A DNA stretch of 63,732 nucleotides, the filler included, from Octopus bimaculoides (Eukaryota): assembly GCF_001194135.2 (NCBI RefSeq). It is 7 parts of 7 records of this genome, joined end to end, with 100 filler letters (N's around TTAATTAATTAA, not from the genome) between each part and the next. Parts side by side here need not be neighbours in the genome. Positions count along the whole stretch, not along the records: positions 47,550 to 55,042 come from NC_068982.1; positions 55,143 to 62,433 come from NC_068985.1; positions 62,534 to 63,732 come from NW_026346688.1; 4 more parts are not named here. One strand, given 5' to 3'. Under the pieces are notes generated by a model. That model saw only the letters and a program-made list of their open reading frames with translations, did not search any database and was not told the origin of the DNA. Shown here piece by piece: positions 54,179 to 63,732 of this stretch (position 1 is its first letter; each line of letters opens with the position of its first letter). A program made the position numbers and the translations under genes.

Positions 54179-55142
54179 ACATATAAATATACATATATAT
54201 ATACATACATACACACGCATACATACGTACATACATACAAGCATTCATACATGTATACATACGTAAACGTATACATATGTATCTATTTATTCCAGTATAC
54301 ACATATACAGGCGCACTTAGACACTCATGTAATGTTAGGGAATATATCAGGATATGAATGAAAATACAAAGGGGGATCATGTGCATAATATATTGTATAT
54401 CTGAGAATATTAACTGGTCTATGTACATACGTACAGACAAGCACGAGCGCGCACACACATACACACAACGTAGAGTGCTATGGTAAGATCTAGTTTTGTG
54501 GTTCGAAAGGCCAAGAACATGAACTTGATCGAGCTTACAGTCCCATGAGAAGAAGGGTGTGGTCAAGCCGTGATATAGAACGAGACTTCTGCTGGATTTC
54601 GGGGAGAATGGATGCCAATGATAGTTATTCCCAGTCGAAGTTGGCTGTAGGGGATTCCCTGTCCAGTCGATATGTCAGATGGTTACGTTCATTAGAATGA
54701 GAGGAAAAAGTGAAAGTAGCTATGAGCTGGATGGGAGAGGCAGTAGAAAGAGTCTCTTGGTGCTTAGGGAGCAAGAACGGGGAGTGAAACTGGAATTCAG
54801 GTGGAGTGGACGCGCATTGATTGGGTCACTGCTGCTGACCCAACAACGGGAGATTGTTACGGTTTAGGTTCGAATCACTAGATCAGATCCTCCTGGCCAA
54901 AGCTACATTCAACCAAGAGGAATGGTAAAGAAGCATCTTCGATGAGGTGTTATCAATAACATGTATGTGTGTGTTTGTGTGTGCATGTGTGAGTGAGTGT
55001 GTGTGTGTGTGTGTGCTTGCGCGCGTGCACGTATGAATGTATNNNNNNNNNNNNNNNNNNNNNNNNNNNNNNNNNNNNNNNNNNNNTTAATTAATTAANN
55101 NNNNNNNNNNNNNNNNNNNNNNNNNNNNNNNNNNNNNNNNNN

Positions 55143-55262
55143 GGCAACGATCTCGCTCGAAAGATTTCATGTGTCGCCCGCACATGAGTCAGTCCAGGGG
55201 CACTGGCAACGATCCCGCTCGAAAAACCTCATGTGTCACCCGCACAAGAGCCAGCCCAGTGT
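55143..55262. repeat. 62-bp minisatellite, 2 visible units
   Basis: ggcaacgatctcgctcgaaa... at 55143 and ggcaacgatcccgctcgaaa... at 55205; bounded by a gap on the left. Confidence 0.8.
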
Positions 55263-57330
55263 ATATATATATTTAAAATGGGATAGTTTTGACTGGAATG
55301 CCTTTGAATTATAGGATTGTATGACCGGTGCATTTGTAGGGTTAACAAGAACAGTACTGTTCAACTGGTGGAACAACCATTTGAATAGACATGTAGATTG
55401 ACTGAATCTTTGCCACAAAATAAAATTACACTTTGGGCTGTAGGATTTCAACAATAGAGTATGTAGGACTAAGGTAGAACATGGACAAAATTAAAAGTAT
55501 GATAAATACAAACACACACACACACACACAACACATGCACACACATACACACATACACACACACACACTTACACTTGCACTAGCACACTATGCTGTCAGA
55601 GAATATTGTCACTTGCCTTACTAAACCAGAAACAGATAAGTCTCCCTTGAGTCACCAAGAATTTTATTTTTAGTAAAAGTAGGACACTTTCTTTAAAGTA
55701 AGAAGTATGGGAAAGTCATAGCTAGAATACCTTTGATAATTAAATTCTACTCAATCATAACTGACCTTGGCTAAATCAGTACCTTTCATAGTAGTTGGGT
55801 GGTTATGAGACTTGAAAAGAGGCCTGATAAATTTCCATGCTCAATAAAACAATGATGTTATCCAACTATTTAAAGATGTTCAACACCATAGTGTAAGATA
55901 AAGATTTATATGAATGTAACTCTAATTTATCTTTTCATTAATGAGGAGGATGTACCAAAAAGATTTAACAAATAATTTTTTGTGAGTGACAGAGACTGGC
56001 ATTTGTCAGTTCAAAAACTGCTGGAACAACAACACAGTCTCCCCTATATTTACTGTGAATTTAGCTTCCAACATCACTCTATACATTACATAACAAAACC
56101 TCTCCTATTGTTTATTTCTTGACCCTTTATATTTCATCTCTACATGAGCACAAAGTTGTCAAGTGTAAAATAGAAACTACTCCAGTAACTTCAATCCAAG
56201 AAGATGACTGGCCCTGTCAATGTTCTTGCTATAACAGATACATCTTTTGTTGTGTCTAGAGAGAGTCATCATGCTAATATAATTAACACACCATCACCAA
56301 CAGCAACAACAACACCCCTGGAGTGTATGATGCAGAACAGCTAGATCAAATGTATGTCATAGAGTTACCACCAAAATTCACTACATTTAGTAAATGAGTG
56401 CAATTGAACCAGTGTGTGTGTTAATTATATTGGCTTAATGACTCTCCCTAGATACAACAAAATTTGTTTCAACACATGAATTCACATAAAGAATCTTGCA
56501 AACAAGATACAAAAATGAAGACACGACATCAACTTTCAGGAACCTTTGATTTGAAAGCCTTCTCAGATTACTTGTTTTTGTGAGGATACACTAAATTAAA
56601 CAAACATTAAATTTACTTAAATAATTAAATGAATTATTGGTACCTGTAAATTAGATTACATGATATAAGTCTATTAATATTGTACCGTACCTGGCTTCTA
56701 TTCTTCCACCCCATACTCTTCTTCACTCACATTCTCCTTCTCCCTCTTCTTCCCCCTCTCTTTCTTAGAAAAGGACATAGAATAATGTGTTCCTGGGTAT
56801 TTGTGCCTAGAGAAAAGAGAATAATCATCACTGGAATGCCTCTGTTTTTTTTTATTCATTTTATCTCACAGCTGGTGATCAATAGCATAATTAATTATAG
56901 ACTTCTGGTAGATTGGTCTTTGGTCCACTGCCTTAGACCATAGTTCTGCTCAGTCTGTACTGAGCTAGGAGTAAACCACAACATATGACAAATAATAACA
57001 GGCACACAGTTAAACACACATAGATACAATAAATACCATCATTGTTTTAACGTCCACTTTTCCATGCTTGCATGGGTCAGACAGAATCCATTGAGGTAAA
57101 TTTTTACAGATGCATGCCTTTCTTGTTAACAACCCTCACTTGTATCCAAGTAATATTTCCCTTCAGTCAGACATGTTTTCCATGAAAGATTGGAGAAAAA
57201 AAAACACATTGCTTGAATGACAGCAATACTTGTTTACAACTATCACATAATGTCAAGACAAGGGTACAGACAAACATAAACACACACACATGCACATAAA
57301 TATATTTAAGTCACAATATATGGATTCAGG

Positions 57331-57544
57331 AAGGTGACGAGCTGGCAGAAACATTAGCATGCCAGGCGAAATGTTTAGCGGTATTTCGTCTGTTTCTATG
57401 TTCTGAGTTCAAATTTTGCCGAGGTTGACTTTGCCTTTCATCCTTTCAGGGTCGATAAATTAAGTACCAGTTACGTACTGGGGTCGATCTAATCATCTGG
57501 CCCCCTCCCCCAAACTTTCAGGCCTTGTGCTTAGAGTAGAAAAA
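57331..57544 (+). mobile_element. tRNA-derived SINE family B, full length with 16-bp TSD
   Basis: Head gagctggcagaaac (A-box-like)...gagttcaaatt (B box), body gcctttcatcctttcagggtcgataaattaagtaccag, tail caggccttgtgcttagagtagaaaa. Perfect TSD aatatatggattcagg at 57315-57330 and 57545-57560. Confidence 0.9.
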
Positions 57545-58004
57545 AATATATGGATTCAGGTAATCCAGTAGTACTCATAAAAAAGCTCTTTAATGTATCA
57601 TTCTGCAAAACATATAGAATATATAGCATGATACAAAAGAAATTGATAATATAAATTATTTACATGTTCTTAAGTTAAGAAACAATTTGTTGTGATATTA
57701 GAATTTTCTTATTGTTAAATAAAATTTCATCAAACTATTTCTCTGGCATTTATGATTTTATACACATAAATATATGTATACATATATATATCTTTTACCT
57801 TTTATCTTTTACTTGTTCCAGTCATTTGACTACAGTCATGCTGCGGCACTACCTTGAAGATTTTAGTTGAACAAATCAACCCCAGTAACTATTTTATTAA
57901 AACCTGGTACTTATTCTAGCAATCTCTTTTGCTAAAAGAGTTGTCAAGTGGTGATGGTGGACAAACCCAGGCACAATGACACTCACACATAGACATATAG
58001 GCAT

Positions 58005-58038
<34 letters not shown>

Positions 58039-58041
<3 letters not shown>

Positions 58042-58362
58042 CTGGAGCACCGCCTTTAGTCGAGCAAATCAACCCCAGAACTTATTCTTCGTAAGCTTAG
58101 TACTTATTATATCGGTCTATTTTGTCGAACCGCTAAGTTACAAATACACCAGCTTCGGTTGTCAAGCGATGTTGGGTGGGGACAAACACAGACACAAACA
58201 CACATATACATATATACAACGGGCTTCTTTCAGTTTCCGTCTACCAAATCCACTCACAAGGCTTTGGTCGGCCCGAGGCTATAGTAGAAGACACTTGCCC
58301 AAGATGCCACGCAGCGGGACTGAACCCAGAACCATGTGGTTGATAAGCAAGCTACTTATCAC
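58039..58362 (-). mobile_element. SINE family A (a further 3' arm lies at 57796-57965)
   Basis: Colinear with 62036-62433. Confidence 0.8.
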
Positions 58363-58403
58363 ATTCAAATTTACAGAAATCAAAAGACAAAGACAAGTGA
58401 GGG

Positions 58404-58520
58404 AGCAGGTGTATTAGTTTGATGCTCAGGAAGAATAGAAATGCCTGACTTTTTGCACCTACGCTCTTTGACAGAAAGGATTAAGAGAAGAAAATATGGA
58501 GAGAGAATGAAAAAATACAG
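58404..58520 (-). mobile_element. Degenerate Penelope-like terminal-repeat fragment
   Basis: gcaggtgtattagtttgatgctcagga...cctacgctctttgacagaaagg aligns with 31990-32066. Confidence 0.45.
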
Positions 58521-59613
58521 AGAGAGAAAAAATGTGTGGGGATTAATGGTTCAACATGATGAAATGACCAGAAGAAAGAGGCTGAGTGAAAGGGAGATAA
58601 TAATGGTGACCCAGCTGAATTAGGGTGCGCAAGCACCTGTGTGTATGTGACAATGGTGTGTGAGTGTGTATATGTGAATGGGGGGAAAGCGCATGTGAAT
58701 GTATGTGCAGGTGAGCTTAAAATTATGTGGGCCTTTGTGTGCATATGGGAGCTTGTATGTGTATGTGTGTACGTAACCTAGTGCATGCATTTTGTGGAGT
58801 GATGTGCATTTCATGTATTTGTGTGTGTGTGGGGGGTATGCATATGGATGTGTGTATATGTGTGTAAGGCTGTGTATAGTATGTGTGTGCATGTACAAAA
58901 GCTTGTGTGTAGCATTTGATGTGTGTGTATTTGAGTGATGTGTGCACATGTGTGTGTGTGTTAGTGCATGGAGTGTGTGTGACCCTATAGTGTGCGTGTG
59001 TATTGTGCATGATTATGTGCAAATGTGTGCTTATGTGTGTTGTGTGTGTGTGTGTGTGCTTATGTGTGTGTGTGTGTGTGTGTGCTGTGTCTGTATTGTG
59101 TGTATTCAGGTGTGTTGTTTGTATAAGCATTGTGTGTGATTTTGAAGTGAATACTGTGTGTTATGGCAGAATGCATAGAGGTGCGAGGTGGGATAGTGGT
59201 GATGAGAGTTAGGGTTTGGGAGGTATTGGGTGCTAGTGTGTGGAGTGGGAAGGTGTGTATGAGTGTGTGTGGAGTGGGAAGGTGTGTATGAGTGTGTGTG
59301 GGTGTAATGATGTGTAGTGTGAGTAGTGAGTTCAACAGTGTGTATGGGTGTTATGTAAGCACCTATCAATATAATAAAAAATGCTTTTGATTTACAAATC
59401 ATTTTCATTGTCATCTCTCCTTATCTCTGGAATCATCTTCATTCACTAACTTTACAGCCAGTCATATTTTTACTTTAATCTAGCACTCCGTCTGTTATGA
59501 CAACGAGTGTACCAGTAGATCCGATCAATGGAATAGTGTGTGCGTATAATGTATGAATATACATATGTGTATGTGTCTGTTGGAGTGTGTGTGTGTGTAT
59601 TCATGCACACACT

Positions 59614-59657
<44 letters not shown>

Positions 59658-60439
59658 TTTGAAATTGCAACCTAGTACTGCAAGTCAAAGTAGCTAGAAC
59701 CCTGAATAATGTCATAACAGCCCATCTATCTAGGACATGACATGTTTTAAAATAAACATTATATATGCAGATGTTCAATGTTTACTTCACTGTTACAACC
59801 ACCACCAGACTGCTACCACCACCACCACTACCATGATGATGATGATGATGACGACGACAATAACAACAATGACGAGGACAACGACGACGACGACAACGAC
59901 GACGACCACCAGCACTACATTGTAAAATCATGGTTTTGACAATTATATATTGCTCAACCAGGTTAGATTGTGCTTCTTTCATTGCTGTGGAATGCCTGAA
60001 ATTAACTTATCATTTTCTCATCAGGATAGCCAATCATGGGGAGTTACTGGTGTGAAAAGAGCAATCATGAATGCTCTACATATATTCATTTAGGCACAGG
60101 TATTACGATGTGGTAAGAAGTTGAATCACAATGCTGGTTTCAGGTTCAATCCCATAGCCTGGTACCTTGGTAAGTGTCTTCTACTATAACTCCAGGCCCA
60201 ACAAAGCCTTGTAAGTAGATTTGATAAACAGAAACTGAAAAAAACTGAAAGGCGACAAGCTGGCAGAAACGGTAGCGCACCAGGCGAAATGCTTAGTGGT
60301 ATTTCGTCTGTCTTTACGCTCTGTGTTCAAATTCCACCGAGGTCGACTTTGCCTTTCATCCTTTCGGGGTCGCTAAATTAAGTACCAGTTGCATACTGGG
60401 GTCGATGTAATTGACTTAATCCCTTTGTCTGTTCTTGGA

Positions 60440-61070
60440 GTGCTGAACTGTACTATAAGATTTTAGTGGTGGAATTATAGTTGGAGTTATGAGGGTTATT
60501 GTTGTTAAGGGGGTCAATTGGTGTTTTGGGTTTATATGTAGTTGGTTGTGGATTCCTGAGTTTCTTATTGTTAAGAAGTTGGATAATTCTAGCAATGCTG
60601 GTGGTGGTGGTGGTGGTGGTAGTGGAATAGGACAATTATATAGATTGGGGGTTAAATATTTTTCTATTTGAGTTTGAATATTAAGGGCAAAGTTAAGGGG
60701 TGGAACCAGATAATGTCCTGGGTTCTAGTTCATTTAATCTGATTAGGGGTGTTGACTGGGTGGAGATAGGGTTTTGGAGGTGTATGCTGGTGTCTGTTTT
60801 GGTGGATTGTGGTGTATATAGGATTTGGGGTCATCTGGTAGGTGGGGTCGTTTGTTAGGTTGTCTGCTGTTTTGAAAATTGGACAGGTATTGGAGGAGTA
60901 GGATGGGGGATTTTACGTTCATTATATGGGGATGTGAAACTGGTTTCTGTTCTGGGTTAAGTGGAGTGAGGAATATCCAACATGGGGATATATTCAATTG
61001 AGTATTTATATCCAGCACATTGTAGGGCACAATTGCAATATTCAGCATATTGGTTGAATAAATCCTTGTT
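60440..61070 (-). mobile_element. Penelope-like retroelement ORF relic (RT C-terminus / linker before GIY-YIG), frameshifted
   Basis: Minus-strand pieces in the expected order: PDDPKSYIHHNPP; RTQDIIWFHP followed by NFALNIQTQIENI; KIFNP; I*LSYS...SIARIIQLLNNKKL. These resemble PLE motifs KPN..P.YIH..SNHPP, RKRNIIWFNPPF..NVKTNIG, KIFNR.TIKLSYSC.PNI..II..HNKK. Confidence 0.55.
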
Positions 61071-61079
61071 AGTAGATAG

Positions 61080-61837
61080 TGAGGGTGAAGTTAAAAATAG
61101 ATCTTGGTTACTTTAGTTTTCTTCCTTGTGCTACAGAGTAAACATGGTTACTCAGCTAGCAGTGTGCAACAAGGAAGAACAGAGATCAGTGATCTGATTT
61201 TACTGGTCTGAAAATGAGTCAGGAGCTGAAATTCATTGCTGCCTTTCAACACAATCCAGGAACAGTGGTCTACCATGTGGAAGTATGTATGAGTGAATCG
61301 AGAAGTTTAAAAATAGTTGGACAAACATGATGCATGAAGAGGGAGTAGGATGCCCATCAACCTCCACCACCAACCTGAAGATTCAGTGATGCTACCTGTT
61401 TTGGGGGATGCAAAATCGCCTATATTGGAACATTACTGATGTCTATTGTCAAAACAAGTGTTAATGCTGCATAACAATGCATGTCCACATATGGCTACCC
61501 ATACCATTAAAACCATTGAGAAATTGGGTATTGAATTGTTGGAATGCCCTGCATACAGTCCATGTCTTGCTCCTTTTCACTATTACCTCTTTGGGCTACT
61601 CAAACATCCTTTACGAGCTTGTCAGTTTGCTACAGATGAAGAAGCACAGGAAATGGTGAACAAATGGCTGCATGACCAGTCACAAACCTTCTCTGATGGA
61701 GTAACCAAACTTGTGGATCACTGGAAGAAGTGATCCACAAGGAGGCTATGTTGAAAAATAATGTAATTGTTCAACCCTTGCTTTTGTTTTAATAAACTAC
61801 AGAAACAAAAGTGCATATAATTTTTTACTTACCCTAG
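61080..61837 (+). mobile_element. Internally deleted mariner element (second lineage)
   Basis: MVTQLAVCNKEEQRSVI*...SGAEIH...MYE*IEKFKN...GCPSTSTT, then VMLPVLGDAKSPILEHY, then LLSKQVLMLHNNACPH...PAYSPCLAPFHYYLFGLLK...LVDHWKK. TIR-like ends gagggtgaagttaaaaatag and ataattttttacttaccctag|TA. Confidence 0.85.
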
Positions 61838-61861
61838 TATGCGCGNNNNNNNNNNNNNNNN

Positions 61862-61910
<49 letters not shown>

Positions 61911-62035
61911 ATACATATGTGTGTGAATTTGTGTGTTATTGTCTCCTTGTCTTGACTTCACAGGGTAGTTGTAAACAAGTGTCATCATCAGGCAAGCTGT
62001 GTCCTTCATTCCCAATCTTCCATGGAAAACATGTC

Positions 62036-62433
62036 TCTTTTACTCTTTTACTTGTTTCAGTTATTTAACTGCAGCCAAGCTGGAGCACCACTTTAGTCAA
62101 GCAAATTGACCCCAGAACTTATTCTTTGTAAGCCTAGTACTTATTCTATCAGTCTCTTTTGCTGAACCACTAATTGACGGGGACATAAACACACCAGCAC
62201 TGGTTGTCAAGCAATGCTAGGATAACAAACACAGACACACAAACATACATACACACATATATATATACATATATTCGACAGGCTTCTTTCAGTTTCCATC
62301 TACTAAATCCACTCACAAGGCTTTGGTCGACCCGAGGCTATAGTAGAAGACACTTGCCCAAGATGCCACGCAATGGGACTAAACCCAGAACCATGTGGTT
62401 GGTAAGCAAGCTACTTACCACACAGCCACTCCT
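62036..62433 (-). mobile_element. tRNA-derived SINE family A, near full length
   Basis: Sense: aggagtggctgtgtggtaagtagc (A box)...gggtttagtccc (B-box-like), ttgggcaagtgtcttctactatagcc, an internal (TA)/(TG) tract, a second arm, and the tail ...ctgaaacaagtaaaagagta. The 5' end is cut by a gap. Confidence 0.85.
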
Positions 62434-63732
62434 NNNNNNNNNNNNNNNNNNNNNNNNNNNNNNNNNNNNNNNNNNNNTTAATTAATTAANNNNNNNNNNN
62501 NNNNNNNNNNNNNNNNNNNNNNNNNNNNNNNNNATATATATACATATATATGTATACCTATATGGATATGAGTATGTTTGTGCATGCAAGTAGGTGTGTA
62601 TCAGTAAATGCATAAAATAGGTATATATTACATATAATAATATATACATATAACCATGCAGGCATACAGACGTATATAGTGCATACGCAACCTATATTCC
62701 CTCGTGCGTGCGCAAACACACACACATATGTATATATATATATAACTGCACGAATGTATATCCTCGTATACATATATCCATGTATTTGGCTGTATGATAC
62801 ATTCTCTAATAAGATTTAAGGTAATCATCCGAGTAGATGCGCGCGAGTATTAATATGGAAACATATACTTAAATTCATAAATAAACACATATACATGTGC
62901 ATGTGCATGTGTATATATTCATGTAGAAATATATAGTTCACAAGTATGTATATGGTTGCATGATATATGTACATGTAAGATGTATATAGAATATACATAT
63001 ATAATGATCTATATGTACATACGCGTATATAAATTTATAATTCATATATCAATCTATAAATAAACACGTGCGTGCACCTGTCTTTATGTGCGGGTATATA
63101 TGTTTCTGTAAATATGCATACATACACATACATATATATATATATACATGTGTGTGTATAGATATAAAGTTACATACCTATGCATATACGTACATATATA
63201 TAATCATACATACATACATATATGTATATATGNNNNNNNNNNATATACGTACATATATATAATCATACATACATACATATATGTATATATGTGTATGTGT
63301 GTGTGTCTGTGTGTATATATATATAAATATATATATATATGTATATATATATACACACATATATATATGTTTTGGGAGCGTATACATTTTTGTGTGCGTA
63401 TATANNNNNNNNNNCACATATATATATGTTTTGGGAGCGTATACATTTTTGTGTGCGTATATATAAGTCAATATATCATTCATTCTATAACAAGAATTCT
63501 GACAATTAATTATCGAAGTGGATATCTGCTATCCTAAGTGGATGAGAATTGTCTGCATACACATATATAGTTGTGTGAGTGTAGCTTAATATATGTACAA
63601 ATAAATGTATGCTTGTGTATAAAGATATATGAATGTATATGAATACATATATATACATACAAGTACACATATGTGTATATATGCATGTGTGTATGTATAT
63701 ATGCTAATGTACATACATACATATATGTATAT

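Noticed and set aside
54480-54870. Possible Penelope RT relic on the minus strand (HSYFHF.SH, GIPYSQLRL)
   Set aside because: Motifs are short, in different frames and wrongly spaced; not supportable without TBLASTN.

Overview
Eukaryotic draft-assembly DNA, AT-rich and saturated with microsatellites, with about 7 kb in roughly 27 N-gaps. The repeat landscape suggests an octopod cephalopod (inference). Nearly all ORFs in the supplied track are microsatellite or gap artefacts. The only credible host coding sequence I found is one 132-nt internal exon (41238-41369, + strand) of a Cys-loop ligand-gated anion channel (GluCl/GlyR-like loop B to loop C segment), which the ORF track misses. The rest is presumably intron filled with mobile DNA: several tRNA-derived SINE families (labelled A-E here), mariner/Tc1 relics and MITEs, and RTE, R4/Dong-like and Penelope-like relics. 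The highlights are: (1) a 5S-rRNA-headed retroposon carrying the family-A SINE 3' tail, with a TSD confirmed by an empty paralogous site in the same window; (2) two unrelated Penelope-type minimal hammerhead ribozyme motifs; (3) a co-varying 3' stem-loop shared by otherwise different SINE tails; (4) several long intronic hairpins. All calls are by-eye alignments; no database search was possible.
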